Positions 41,160 through 55,759 of a stretch of DNA of 64,000 bases are shown here, piece by piece (positions within the stretch are counted from its first letter, which is position 1; each line of letters opens with the position of its first letter). Source of the DNA: Eledone cirrhosa (taxonomy: Eukaryota); NCBI GenBank assembly GCA_964016885.1, contig OZ024740.1:182342001-182406000 (forward strand), given 5' to 3'. The notes beneath the pieces are model-generated. The model was not told the DNA's origin. It did not search any database and was given only the letters and a program-made list of their open reading frames with translations. A program made the position numbers and the translations under genes.

Positions 41160-41315
41160 TTCCCCCCTCTCTCCCTCCCACTATCCCCCTCTTTTAGTCT
41201 GTCTCTTTCTTTCACTCTCACTCTCTCTCTACGCGTGCGCAAAAAACATTCGCGCGCGCGCACGTGTTTCCACTGTCGGACAGACAGACAGAGAAATTGC
41301 TGGTTATATATTATA
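41160..41315 (-). mobile_element. Non-autonomous Helitron-like module (copies at 42190-42325 and 43038-43125)
   Basis: Three copies of CT-rich...GTTTCCACTGTCGGACAGACAGACAG...; TATATAA/(TGTC)n layout on the minus strand. Confidence 0.55.
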
Positions 41316-41584
41316 AGGAGATTACATATACATATGTAACTATGTATATCATCATCATCATCCCCATTATATATATATATATAATATGGGCCGAAGCCGA
41401 AAAAAATTTTATTTGGCAGCTCTAATTGCGCCTTAATTTTATTCAAAAAATTGTATACTAACATATTCGAATACCAGGCACTATTGGAATCAACAATAGC
41501 AGCGTCCTGAGGGTCATTACAAAACACAAATTCGCGAGAATTAGTGTTTAAGGCTTGTAAGGTGGTAAAAAAATCCACAAAACC

Positions 41585-41615
<31 letters not shown>

Positions 41616-42353
41616 AATAATATTTAAATAACTGGCGGTTAGAAAAAAATATTCCTATGAAATTTTAATCATACCATTAGGTGTGAATAAGGAAATATTT
41701 TTTTATTGTCAAAACAAATGTTCAAAAGTTAAACTTCAATTTTTTTAATTATTTCCAATTTTTTCATGAAATTGAACACTGGACATTGGCTGCTGGAAGT
41801 GGAAATTAAATCGTATTTAATTGTATTTAAATGTCTAACCTTATTTTATTATTTATATTTTTTCAATAAGAAATAAAAAAAAACAACAAAAAAAATTGAA
41901 GAAAAAAATTGAACAAATCAAACGTAGGTTATGGAACTGCACAATCTGATTAATAAATTACCCCATCAGCAGCAACCTTCTTCAAATGGTCCTTATTATC
42001 AGCAGCAACAACCACAAATTCAATGGCAACCTTCTTCGCATGGAGTCAAGTCAGAACCGCCTCGAACTGGTTACTTCTGGCTTGTGCAAGGTGTCTCTAT
42101 AGCAACCAGCGATTCCCTTGGCCTCAGTGACCAAAGTCAGTGGAAAGGGGAAGGTAAATTTTCTATAGTACGTGTTTTAGCGTCTATTCACTCTCTCTCT
42201 CTCCCTCTTTCCCTCCCGCTATCCCCCTCTCGTAGTCTGTCTCTTTCTTTCACTCTCACTCTCTCTCTACGCGAGTGTTTCCACTGTCGGACAGACAGAC
42301 AGAGAAATTGCTGGTTATATATATAAGTAGATATATATATATATGTATATATT

Positions 42354-42419
<66 letters not shown>

Positions 42420-43011
42420 AACAGGCTGAGAGGGAGTCACATTTTGTAAACTTATTCCCAAAGCAGGAAATCAATAGGTTAAGGCTTGTATTATTTCAGA
42501 ACTATATATCATCAGAAAATATATATTTTATGTATCAATATAAATTCATTTGTATATATCCACTCTCGATTATTCTAAATACATGTGAGTGAACTATTTT
42601 TAATACTCCTCCCTGCCTACAACTGTCCATGACTGTCAGGGTTATTGTCGTATTCACCATAAGTACTTGTAAATTTTTGACTCGACTCAAACTTAATAAT
42701 GGACTGGTAATATCTTGTCTAATTAATAAAATGACCTACAGATGACAGATGGTTTCTTAACATTACTAATAAACCATTTAAATTTGGTGATTGTTCTGTA
42801 TTAGAACTATATATTTCTAATATAATGTTAGTAATATTTTTAACATTCTGCTTGGTTCAATGTTATTTATTTTCAGGATATTAAAAATGTTGTATCTATA
42901 ACATTATTGATTATGTGTGCACTCTTTTTTTTGGAATTTTTGTGCCAAATTTACATTGAGCATTTGTGTTGAAGAAATGCGATATTTTTTATACTGATAT
43001 GAATTCGTTTG

Positions 43012-43042
<31 letters not shown>

Positions 43043-43451
43043 CCCCCTCTCGTAGTCTGTCTCTTTCTTTCACTCTTACTCTCTCTCTACGCACGTGTTT
43101 CCACTGTCGGACAGACAGACAGATATTTCTATATATTTATAGTGATATTGGACTTTTCCAGTATAGATCCTGTTAAAGATGAGAGAAGCTTAATGCTATC
43201 CGGTTTGCTTGACACAGCAGTAATTAAAAAAACGGCTGAGTATTTTCCCAGCCATTGGATATTCTGTTGTAGACTGTTAGGGTGTGAGCTGCAGACCTCA
43301 ACATTTATTAAAAGGAAGAGAAGAACCAAGTTATACTTAAAACATATTTGTTATTCTATATATTGTTTAAGTATACCTCGGTTCTTATCTCTCTATTAAT
43401 AAATAAATATATATATATATATATATATACTTTTTACATTTATTTTTATAT

Positions 43452-44240
43452 ACTGCTACCACTGCTAGCTGCAAGAGACTTTTCACTCAAAATGAAAGGT
43501 CGATTGTATGATGCGTGCATAAAAACAGCAATGTTACATGGTAGTGAGACCTGGGCGCTGTGTGTAGAAGACTTGCATAGATTAGAAAGAAACAAAGCTT
43601 GCATGCTCTGATGGATGTGTAATAGTAATATACACGAATGGAAAGCATAAACGAACTGAGAGAGAGACTGAGCATAAGAGGAATCAAATGCTGTGTGGAG
43701 GAGAGGAGATTACATTGGTATGGACACGTGATGCATATGAAGGGTGACAGCCGCATAAAATGGTGCAGAGCACTAAAGGTTGATGGAAGCCATGGAGTGG
43801 GGAGACTCAAGAAGCCTGGGATGAGGTGATAAAAGTGGACCTTGCCCAATTGCACTTCTCAACGGTGATGACCCAGAACCAAGACCTCTGGCGTTATGCA
43901 GTAATACAGAAGACCCGACTTCCCATGGGAACACGCCAAAGCTGAAGCATATACACAATATGCCCCCATCCCCTCCCACTACAAAGAAGGCGTGGAAGTG
44001 TCACAACACAAAAGCACCCAGCCCGCACTGTAAAGTGTTCATGTAGGCGACACAAAAAAAAAACACCCAGCACTCACTGCAAATGAGGTTGGTTTTAAGA
44101 AGGGCATCCAGCTGTAGAAATGAAGCCAAAATCAGTTCTGTATGAGCAAGCCAAGGTCACCCAACCTAACATTGCTCACAACAGGAAAACCCGTCTAACC
44201 CATTCTAGAATAGAAGATGTAAAACGTTGATGATGATGAT
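43452..44240 (+). mobile_element. RTE family 2, 3' fragment
   Basis: LLPLLAARDFSLKMKGRLYDAC...ERRLHWYGHV, 3' UTR and (GAT)n tail; homologous to 62734-64000. Confidence 0.9.
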
Positions 44241-46983
44241 ACTAATGTACGTTAGATGAGGACAGCTTAAGGCAGTATTTTACAGCTATATGCCAGGAAC
44301 CTTTAGTCTCTTTGTCCCTCTGTGTCTCTCTGCCTTTTAACATTTAATTTGCATCACAGGAATCAACGCTAATCATGTATCCACACTAGATTTAGTGTTA
44401 GAGTGTCTGTACTTCTTGCATAAATTTCTGAATAACCTGTAACATGCGGAAACAAAGAGGAAACTGAAGTGTAACCGGCTAGTAGTTGCCTATATAGTGT
44501 ATCCTGCAATATCCACACAACTGATGTTGATTTGGGAACGAAAAAGGCTAATACAGCTTGGCTTCAATGTTATGAGTTGTCAAAATAATTTTGTACTGAA
44601 TTAAAAACTTAAAGCCTTGATTTGTCATCAATTATATTGGCCCTAGTATCTTATTGGTACTGTTACTATTTTAATGGTCATGAAAGAATGAAAACAAACT
44701 TGGCCATGGTAGGACTTGAAAACTGACATGCACATTATGACAGTATCACAGAAAGTTATACATGTAAATATTATCAGTTATGTTTCTTGGTAAAAAGATC
44801 ACAATGATGGTGAGTGGGAGATGAGTAGTTAAGGTTTATGGACACAGATCAACACCAATCACTTCATCCTTATAAGCTACCATCTGCTATCAGCAGTTTG
44901 AACATCATGGAATGCTGTAATGCAATGCATAGTTAAATTCCAGTTTGTACATGATGGAACTCCAATTCATTCCATAGTTGCTGGTATGCCATAGGACACT
45001 TTGAACTCCGAGTACAAATTCACCACTCTAAATATTCTGCCAGTCCCCTGCCATATATCAGCACTTTATTTATCAACTCTAAATGCAAGATCCAAAACTG
45101 CCAGCTATTTTTTCCAGTGTTCTAATACTTCTGCCATTTCATCACCTACCATCACAACCAGCTTGCAATCATTCAGGCCGTTGCTCATAAGTCTACTTGA
45201 TCAGTGCTTATCTTGGGTTAAACAACAATCATCAGTTGAAATTCACAGGTTTGCGTTAATAATCTAGATATCATATTTGTGATATAAAGTTACACAAAAA
45301 AGCCACTTCATAAATTTAAAATCATAATAGTTTTTAAGCCCAATAACCACACTGGAAACAGTTAGGCTGCTATTTTTTCTGTTTTCTTTTGATATTGGTT
45401 TCTCTTTATGAATATTTTAGAGTTAGCTTACTTATTTAAAACCCAAATATTTCAGCTACTGCAATAGTATTTTCATAAATTATTTTAGTCATATTAATAA
45501 TAACTGTATTTGAACATTATGGAAAGCAATGAAACATCATTAAATCTTAGATGTTTCTTGCTTATAAATACCTGTTCCAAGAAAATATGTACTTGCAAGT
45601 TTTTCTTCAGATCTTCTTATCAAGGAAGACACAGGTAAGAATTTGATAAAACCTAATCTAAAAAAAATACAATTATATCAAGAAATGGAATATTTATTGC
45701 AATCTTCCTTTTCTATAGAATTGCAACAATATATGATCTGAAAATTAACAACAGTATTGCTATCAAAGGAAATACAGGTATTGGAAATTACTTTTATTAT
45801 CTATGACAATTTTAGGGAAATCTTTTGATTTAAACAGTTCAGAAAAATAAGATATAGTCCTACTTTGTCAAAGATTATCAAAAACAACTATGACACCAAT
45901 CACTGCTTAGCAAAGCAAAGTTGCAAAAGTTTGTGTCAAATAATTCTGGTTAAATCTGAAATTAACTCAACATTTCAAAAGAAATTCATTTAGTTTTATA
46001 TTTCCATAACACAAGCTGAAATGATTGCATCGACCTAAAACTAAAACTAAAATATTTCTTATGTTATAACTGATTTTCACATTTTATGTTACACATTAGG
46101 ATCCTAATCTGGATGCTATCTTTCTGCTTCAGGAACCACAAGCAAAATATGTCCCTGCTGAAATTATCGTTCATCCAAGAACTAAACCTGATAGATATTG
46201 GCAGCAGTTAATCTTAACTTTGATGTTTTGTGAAGTTTTTATTTTGTGATAATTCCATAGGCTGCATATTTCTGTAATATAGCAAGAACAGTAACAGAGA
46301 ATTGCTTTTCGTTTTCATTTATATCAAGTTGAATTTTGGAGTCTTTCTTGTTTTCATAAAAATAAAAATGATAAAATCAAAAAGCAATATGAGAAGCAAT
46401 CATTGAATATAATATAATATATACACATGTACATATATATATATATATGTGTGTGTGTGTGCATGTGTATCAATAGATGGGTGTGCATAGTAATTGTCAC
46501 ATATAATGTATTCATTTTGGGGAAATCTAATGAAGTTGGTTTCTACTACGTTATTCCAAGATATCGCAGGGATCGGAAGCACTAGAAAGGTTACAGAACA
46601 GTGGACTGTAACAGCAACTGTGTGTCATCATTTAAATTCAGATTTCAGATGATACTTTGCAGATACAAAGGTTGAAAGCAAGGATATTATTATCTGAATG
46701 CATGAAACTTGCTGTCTGTGTATGCATATGTGTTTCTGGTTTCTGATGTTGTTATTGAAAGAAATATGTATCCATGTAAGCATGTATGCGTGTTTGTGTG
46801 TGTGCTAGTGTACAGATTTTATGTATTTTTCCGATACAGGTTTTTGTGTCTGTATATGTTTATTTGGAAAGCTTATTATAACTAGCTGATGTAGGCACAC
46901 ATATATTTAGATACATATACATATATCATGCACACAATTAAACATATATACACAAGCTCTTGTTTTAATACACTCTATAATAT

Positions 46984-47046
<63 letters not shown>

Positions 47047-47049
<3 letters not shown>

Positions 47050-47275
47050 TCATCATAATCATCATCATCGTTTAACTTCTATCTTCCACGCTAGCATGGG
47101 TTAGACGAGAATTGTCCCTTTTGAGGTAAGATTAGTCGGGTGACCATGTCTCGCTCATATAGGACTATCTGGCAGGTTTTCTACGGTTGGATGACCTTCC
47201 TAACTGCAACAACATTTACAGTGTGGACTGGGAGCTTTTTACCATGTTACCTACACGACCACATTACGGCGTGTG
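47047..47275 (-). mobile_element. RTE 3' UTR fragment
   Basis: (CAT)n tail then TTCCACGCTAGCATGGGTTAGACG...CCTTCCTAAC, as at 62734-62900. Confidence 0.75.
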
Positions 47276-47356
47276 TTTTATATATATAAATATACATATA
47301 TATATATATATATTCCCGGGTAAAGGTGTCGCTAGTCGCTACACACACATACATAC

Positions 47357-47561
47357 TGTTTTTTTGTATTTGATTTGCAAGATTTTTTCATGTGAAATCA
47401 TGTATTCAAACAGATATTGTTACATGTTGGTAGGGCCATGCTGCCAATAAAAACACATGCACCAGTAGTTTTCAATTCAATGATATTTTAATTTCCTGAT
47501 GGTTAGTTTAATAAATTGAAGTGAAGCTCAGTGTTGCATGTGGTTCTATTAGCAGAATGAC
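47357..47561. mobile_element. Small fold-back remnant of the 6.3-9.6 kb PLE terminus
   Basis: Diverged match to 6251-6380, followed by an inverted partial copy at ~47509-47561 and (TA)n. Confidence 0.6.
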
Positions 47562-49149
47562 TATATATATATATATATGTATACACATATGTGTGTGTGT
47601 CTGTGTCTGTGTGTATACAGAGAAAGGGAAAGAGAGAGAGATAAATAGATATAAATTTGCATATATGTATATATATATATATACATACACACATATACAT
47701 ATTCTTATATATATGTGTGTGTGTGTGTGTATTTATATTTAAGTATGTATGTGTATTTATATATATAAATATATATAAAGAGAGAGAGAGAGAAGGAAGA
47801 ATTAGAAACATGAAAAGAAGAGCAGAGGTAAGGAAGAATAAAGGGGTAGTATCACACATTATGTCTCTGACTTCACTAAACACAGTAGATATATAGTTTC
47901 TTGGGAATATCAGATAGATATCATTGCTATCATATTCCTAGCATCACTAGAGCTTGAAATTCTCTATTCTGTATATAGTGTTGTCCAATAGATTAGTTGC
48001 TTCAGTAACTAACTGTTATTCAGATGAGCCTCTAAAATCATAAACCATTTTAAATTCCTGTAATTCTTATGTATACTTCCACGTTTATTTTTTCTTAAAT
48101 GGTCGTTTTTCACATTTTTTTATATAAGCTATGATATGTGCATATATGTGTGAAGAGATTTTTGTTAGTCTCCTTTGACAGAAATGTATGTATCTTACAC
48201 TATATATGTGCATGTGTTTGTGTAGATAAATGAGTCTATATAAATACACATATTTACATTATAGCCATATATAGTTCATACACACCTATGCTGTTATATT
48301 TCAGCAAATGTATTTAGAGTGATATACACTATCCTGCTCAACCATGCAGCTGTTCTAGACTTAGCTTATATCCAATTGTAATAAACGAATTTTATTGTTA
48401 CTTCTCGAAAATCTCACTTTATGTGTGCATCTATTGGCACATATGAAAAAGAGACTTTCCGGAAGTAACAATAAAATACATCGATAAGCTCTCATGACTA
48501 TTTTTGTTACAAGCAAATAACTATGTAGAAAAACCCACGTAGAAAACAGACATAAAATTACAATGATGATAATAATTATGATGATTATAGAGTGCCAGTA
48601 TGGCTATGTAGTTAGAAGTTCACTTTGCCAACATATGGGTTAGAGAGTGAATTCCATTTGGTCATCCAATATCATGTGAGTGGAATTTGGTGGACACAAC
48701 CTGTACGAGGTTGGCACAACTGAAGTTTCTTCTCAACTCTTTGTTTTACAAGCTTTCTATGGTTGAATGCCCTTTACTGCATGACAATACAAAGGTGGTT
48801 GCCATGTCCTTGCCATAACCGAAAGGTTTCCAAACCCTTTTAGGCGTGGTTTCTCTAGCAGGTTGCTCCTGCTATCACTAATAATCTTACAAAGTGTACC
48901 ACATGCATTTTCGTGGCAGAAACACTGCATTGAACATATTGTCCCAACTGAAGTATTCTCCCGCTTTGTGAGGGTTGGGGTGCAGAAGAGAAGAGAAATT
49001 GTTATGACAAGTGTGGTGTGATTTACTCGAATGATATGTACGAGGAAGCAGTGATCTTCGATAATATAGAGGGAGAAGAATGTAGTAGTGGAAGAAAAGG
49101 AAGTGGATGATGTGGATAAAAGTGCATGGGTTCCAGCCCCCAAGATTTC

Positions 49150-49410
49150 TCTGCATTTTATGCAGCTGCTATTTTCCATATCCATCACATGTCCATACCA
49201 ACGTAGTTTTCTCTCTTGCACACTACATCCAATTCCACTTATCCCAAGTTGTTCTTTCATTACACATTTATTAGAGCCTACTTGCTTCTCTTCTTTTTAA
49301 CCTTTGCCTGTCTTTGGTCGTCAAGGCCCTTGTTTCACTGCCATGCTGCATTGCAATATGCATGCAAGCATCATACAGTCACCTTTTCACTCAAAGAGAG
49401 AAGCCCTTAT
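49150..49410 (-). mobile_element. RTE RT C-terminal fragment
   Basis: LGISGIGCSVQERKLRWYGHV motif. Confidence 0.75.
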
Positions 49411-49538
49411 ATATACATAAATAAAATCCCGTAATAGGATGAAAGCAGCAATTCTTTGCTTAAACTTTATACATACATTTTTTTCATAAATACAATCCTT
49501 ATTTACCAACCTCGGATTTTGGTCTTCATACTTATTAT

Positions 49539-49584
<46 letters not shown>

Positions 49585-49650
49585 TAAGCATATCCATAGA
49601 AAAGGTAAAGGAAAGAAGAGGGCTCTATGTATAGTACAGAGCTATTTGAG

Positions 49651-49781
49651 TACATTATAAACAACACAATATAATTATTCCATTACCAAAGTTTTCAGGA
49701 GACTAGACAATACTTACAGAAACGTCCAGTCTCCTGAAACTTTTGGTAAAGGAATAATTATATTGTGATGTTTATTATGTA
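49651..49781. repeat. 58-bp-arm imperfect hairpin
   Basis: Arms 49651-49708 / 49724-49781. Confidence 0.8.
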
Positions 49782-49789
49782 ATTATATA

Positions 49790-51281
49790 TGTATATATAT
49801 TATAAAGCTGACGGCCGTATGTATGTAACAAACTTTTCGCCAAACGGCTGTACCAAAAAGCACCAAATTTGCACCATAGATGTAACTTTTTCCAAGTAAG
49901 AAAGTCTTCTAAATTCCGTTAAAAGATTAAAGATATTTTATCATTTGTTTAAATATTCACTTCTTTAAAATTTTCAAATGTCAACATTTCCGGTTATACA
50001 ACATTCTTCTCTCTTTCTTAGTCTGTCTTTTTAGATAGATTCATAGCTATAACGTTGCGCCCTTATAATATGTCTCTGTATGTCTGGGTGTCTGCATTAG
50101 ATACATAGCTATAACGCTGCACGCTTATAATATCTGTCTGTCTCGCTGACTGTCTGCATTGACTTCGCTTCTAACCAACTTTTAATTAATTCAGTGCAAA
50201 GATACCGCAGACCCTCTCAATAATTAATTATATATATATATAATTAGTAATAATAATAAATGTGAAGACTAAAATCGAAAGAGGGCTCCATAAGGATAAA
50301 TACATATCAAATATATAAGAGCCCTGGAGCAAATATTGTTCTCAATATTGCTGACGTATTATCTTCGCTTTTTTCCGTTCATTTCCAGAAAACCAAAGTA
50401 TCGTTCATTTCAGGAACCAAAATATCGTCTTCCTGTTTTCCTTCGGTTGCAACGTTTTTCAAAATATTTACTTCTGCGTTCACAGATTGATTTTTTTTTA
50501 GTTTCAGAAGATCCCATCAAGAGTGAAAGCAGCGATTCTTTGCTTAAACTTTAATATGTTATTTTAACATATATATACATATATAGTTTTATATTCGTGT
50601 ACAGATATTTTTGAATACACAAAAACAAAATATAAACAAACGTATTTATTTCACGAAAGCACAGACGGCTTATCGTCATTGTTACGGCCGATATACCACC
50701 CAAAAAGTCCCATCCTGGCCGCAAGATCAGATTTTCCAGAAGAAAAAATGTTATTAGAGCAGCAGAGAGACCAAGCTTCGCGATTACAATCAACAAAGCT
50801 CAGTGTCAAACCCTAAAGGTGGCTGGCCTTCATCTGGGAAAAACCATGCTTCTCCCATGGTCAATTGTATGTAGGATGCTCTAGAGTGAGCTCGCCAAAC
50901 AATCTCTTCATCTTTGCTCCTGAGGGCCGAACAAAAAATATTGTATACTCTGAGGTCCTAAGAATGTAATTTATGTATTTTCTGTTACTTGGAATTTTCA
51001 TTTTGGTTGTACAAATTATTGCAAAGTTTGTTAAAAAATTTGTTTTCTGTTAAGCCTTTATTGTTGTAACTATCAATTTTCTTTAACGTATTGGCTGCTG
51101 AACTGGGGAATCCTAAAATCTATTCAGACCCCAAATCAGAGAACGTTAACCCCCCCCCTCCCCACGCTCGCTGACTTAAGAGGGCGTGCGGTATCTTTGC
51201 ATTGGAGTGGAGGGGGATTCCCGAAAAGATAAAATGCCTGCCGGTATACCTAGCCAGGCACCAGTCGGACGGGCCAACTAG
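49790..51281 (+). mobile_element. Non-autonomous Helitron with helicase C-terminal remnant and a nested repeat
   Basis: 5' TATAAAG...(TATG)...ACCAAATTT; 50771-50969 encodes SFAITINKAQCQTL...HGQLYVGCSRV...TKNIVYSEVL* (one frameshift); 3' GCCTG..CAGGC hairpin and CTAG|T at 51278-51281. Confidence 0.8.
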
Positions 51282-51484
51282 TATATATATATATATATTA
51301 CTAAAAGGAAAAGAAAATGCTGACAAATTTTTCCCAGTGAAAAATAGTTTAATTAGGAATAAGTATAAATTAGTAATAAGTATTGGTTAGTATTCAGTTT
51401 TAGTTTTAAGCTTTTACCGGTTGCACATTTCTAATGCTTTTCAAAAATAATTTTGAGATAGAGCGCTCGCTCTATATATATATT

Positions 51485-52851
51485 ATCATCATCATCATCA
51501 CCATTTTACCTCCATTCTTCCATGCTAAAATGGGTTGGACAGGTTTTCCTGTTGTGTGCGATGTTAGGTTGGGTGACCTTGTCTCCCTCATACGGGAACT
51601 GATTTGGCTTGATTTCTACAGCTGGATGCCCTTCCTAACACCAACCTCATTTACAGTGAGTGCTGGGTGCTTTTTTTACATGGCGCCTACACGACCACTT
51701 TACAGTGTGGGTTGGGCGCTTTTTTTTGTGACACCTCCACGACCACTTAGTAGTGGGAGGGGATAAGGGCACATTGTCTATATGCTTCAGCTTCAGCTTG
51801 CTCTCGTGGGAAGTCGGCTCTTCTGTATTACCACATGATGCTAGAGGTCTTGGTCCTGTGTCATTGCCGTTGAGAAGTGCAATTGGGCAAGGTCCACTTT
51901 TATCACCTAATCCCAGGTCTTCTTGGGTCTCCCCACGCCATGGCTTCCTTCAACTTTTAGTGCTCTGCACCTTTTTATGCAATTGTCACCCTTCATACGC
52001 ATCACGTGTCCACACCAACGCATCCTCATCTCCTGCACACAGCATTTGATTCCTCTTATACTCAGTCTCTCTCTCATTTTCTTTATGCTTTGCCATTCAT
52101 GTATATTACTATTACACATCCATCAGAGCATGCAAGCTTCATTTCTTTCTAATCTATGCAAGTCTTCTACACACAGTGCCCAGGTCTCACTACCATATAA
52201 CATTGATGTTCGTATGCACGCATCATACAGTCTGCCTTTCATTTTGAGGGAAAAGCCTTTTATAGCTAGCAGTGGTAGTAGCTCCTTGAACTTCTTCCAT
52301 CCTGTTCTTAACCTGTTTATTGTACTTTCAGAACACCCACTTCCGCTGCTAATTTGGTCACCTAGGTAGCAGAAGCTGTCTACTATTTCTACAGAGCCCT
52401 CCCAGAGTTTCATAGTGCTTGTTTCCTGTGGATGTTTGTTGCTTACTGTCCTGGTGTAGATGCTACCTATAAAGCCTACATTCCTAACTAAGCTTCCTGA
52501 GATCCTACTACCTCTAGTTTGCATTTGTGGCAGAGGATGGAATTCCTACCTACACTTTTCCTACATACTGAGCAAGGCCATTTCCCTGAGGTGATCTGGG
52601 TTCTGTTTTCTCGTCTACTTTGTCAGGTTGACTTTGAGACCCCTTCTTTCTAGTCCTTGCTTCAATGTTTGAATTTCTTTTTTAGTTCCACCATAGATTC
52701 AGCTATATGTGTAAAATCATCTGCATACAGGAGTTCCCATGGGCATCCAGTCTTAAACTCTTCTGTTATAGCCTGCAATATTATAATAAACAGGAGATGG
52801 CTAAGAACAGAGCCCTGATGGACACCGACCTGTATGTTAAATTCCTTGCTA
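51485..52851 (-). mobile_element. RTE family 2, 5'-truncated
   Basis: VGVHQGSVLS...ELLYADD, GRLYDAC, GRPKKTW, 3' UTR and (GAT)n tail. Confidence 0.92.
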
Positions 52852-52982
52852 TAGTATATACATATATATATAAAAGAAAATAAAAAAATTACATTTGTAC
52901 ATATAACGGATCTCCACATAAAGGGTACTTGTTGGCTAGTATGCTGACTTAATATGCCTGTTGGTGAGTTATAATATATATA

Positions 52983-53307
52983 CAGTTGTCCCCTGGTATT
53001 CATGAGGGTTATGTTCCGAAAGCACCCGCGAATAGTGAAAAACTGCAAATATTAGACATGGTCCATAAAAATGTCTATAAATGTCAAAACATAACATGAA
53101 ATATAGGCTGGCAAATATGGTACATTGTTATTAATAATTTAGCATTAAAAAGCATGTCAAAATATGTATTGCCACAAAAACAAGCCATAAAAAATCACAG
53201 AAGATATTTACGATCCAACGAATATACGCTGGTTTCTACAAACAATTATTAGTTAGGTTCTAAGGAAAATTACGAGAATAACTGGGACCATGAATGCCAG
53301 GGGTGCA

Positions 53308-53310
<3 letters not shown>
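52983..53310. mobile_element. Tc1/pogo (Tigger-like) MITE
   Basis: TIRs CAGTTGTCCCCTGGTATTCATG / CATGAATGCCAGGGGTGCACTG; TA target duplication. Confidence 0.8.
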
Positions 53311-53345
<35 letters not shown>

Positions 53346-54700
53346 AGAGTTAGAAGTGATTACTACCAATTATACGTTGATCAGAAAATGTACATCAAAT
53401 GTGAATAAACATAATGATGTTATATTGATACTTCATTACTGCTCATCATTATCAATGTTATTATTAACACTCTGCTTCTTAAGGATACTGACTATGGTGA
53501 AATACCAAGTGTAGATTACTAATTGGTAGCCAGGCTTATATTAGCATTGAGTGCTCAAACTGGTGAACCAATATTAACTAAATACTACACACCAATAAAC
53601 TATATACCTATATGGATACAAAGTTGTCATGTTTTGAAGACTAGGAAGACTGGTACATCTTTCCTCTCCTACACATGCATGCAGGGAAAGCATGAAATGA
53701 TCTACTCCTGCTCTCCTACAGTGCTAAGGCCACACAGTAAGGTGGTTGTGTTGGTGCCATGGTCAATAGAGCACCTAGTGCATCCTGTAATTAAATTATG
53801 TAATATGTGTGGCATGAGGAACTCCAGCCATAGAAAACAAGCCCAAAATAAATGTATGAGCAACATATGGTCACCTAAGCAGGTCACAACCTCTCAAACC
53901 TATTTCCAATGTAACCATTTGCACAAATTGTTTACACCATATTTTGTCCTGTTTCCAGTTGTAAGAAATGTTAGTGTTAATTCTTTATATACTCGCTGTT
54001 CTGTCAGAGTCGAAAGACACTCTCTTGTTGTTTCATTTCTATGTTGTGTTGTCTCATATAACATGAGATGCAAGTAAATAGAATATATTCAAATTCAGTG
54101 TCATAGATTATTTAAAGTAAGATCTCATTGAGTTAACAGCACAATTGCAGAAAACTGGCAATGTTGTTAGAACATAATACAAAATGCCTTTCAGTATTTA
54201 TTCTGGCTTGGGGAGTAGATTTCATCCATAACATGGTTTAACAATTTTGTTACTATACTTCTAATGAATGACACATATAATCATGAATTTGGAGGGATTT
54301 AGTAATATAACAATGTCACTTCTTTTGTCTGAAAGTACTGCATTTATTGTATGTAATCATATGGGCAGACCATCATTGCATCTACTTAAGAAATTATTAT
54401 TAGTTACTATTATTATTATTATTACTGTTAATACTAACTGATTAGTCTAGTTTTCTTGGATGGTATTGTGCTTAAATAAATTTCATAAGTAGAGTTTTGT
54501 CCTCTATAAATCCTATCTATTTATTCCTCTCTACGACAATCTTATAATCTGTCTACCATTATTTATAGATAAATTCTTTATAATCTTAAACATTTCTTAA
54601 TTTCTCCACCCACTATCCCTCTGGCATTCTGAGATATTCTTTATCTTTCAAGCTCACATTTCTTCTTCCTTTTCTACTTATTTATCATGCTCATATTTAT

Positions 54701-54775
<75 letters not shown>

Positions 54776-55759
54776 TACACACACGCACACACTATCTATA
54801 TATCTATCTATCTCTTTTTGTTGTTTAACCTTTTTCACTCTGGGGCTTGCATATCTTTCCCTCTATCTATTTTCTCCATCCCTATCTCTCATTTCTTTCT
54901 CTATGGTTTCCCCATTAGACACACAACTTCTTATTTTTCTCTCTCAATATCCCACACACAAGTTCTTTCGCTTGGTCTCTCACAAACAAAGTCTTTCTCC
55001 TTCCATCATTCTCCCCTCTATATCCATCACAGTTTCTCCTAATATACATATGCATCACATCTTCTCATGGTGGACCTTATCTTAATTGCAATCTGCTCAT
55101 ATCACAAAACACTAATAACATGATTTTTTTCCAGTACAAATCACTTAACTGATAACCTTCATTTGAATGAGGAGGGAGAGGGAAAAGACAAAATAATAAT
55201 AATAATAATAAAATAAAGAAAAAATAATGAAACGTATATAGCTTTGGATTTTACATTTCAGAGTTCACTGTAATAAACAAAAAAAAAAAAAGATAAATAA
55301 ATCCCATTTTGTATTTACTTTCTATAATTTAACAGCTTATTTATATTATTTTCAGTCACAGCACATTTATATCATTCAGTTTTAGCAATTAATTCAAGAT
55401 GTTTCTCTCTCTGATGAATATCTTTGACATTGCATGTAAATGCACATCACATATTGTGCTTTCATGGGTATTCTGTCTTATCAACCTTTCAAAATGTTAT
55501 TTTATATTTTTAGTGCAGTCTTTTGTTTTAGTTGTTGTTGCTGTTGTTATTCCAAGTATTATTAAACCCATTTTTATGTCAGTATTTTTTCCTTCGTTAT
55601 TATATTCTTCAATTGTCTTTAGGTAATTTCTATATGAACTAAATGCCAGAATGGTTGTGTGGTTAAGAAGGTTGTTTTGCCACCATTTAGTTTTAGGCCT
55701 GATTCTACTGTGGTACATTTTGTAAAAGTCACCCTGGGTCAGATCATCCTGGATGCTAC

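Noticed and set aside
42485-42520. Minus-strand CTGATGA...GAAA hammerhead candidate (similar ATGACGA...GAAA near 50640-50685)
   Set aside because: Stems do not pair convincingly or the core C3 is changed.
43129-43329. Possible host exon (LQQNIQWLGKY)
   Set aside because: Resemblance too weak, no clear splice sites, and bounded by TE fragments.
48389-48476. Imperfect ~88-bp hairpin (pre-miRNA or MITE)
   Set aside because: Single copy in the window, no TSD or expression evidence.
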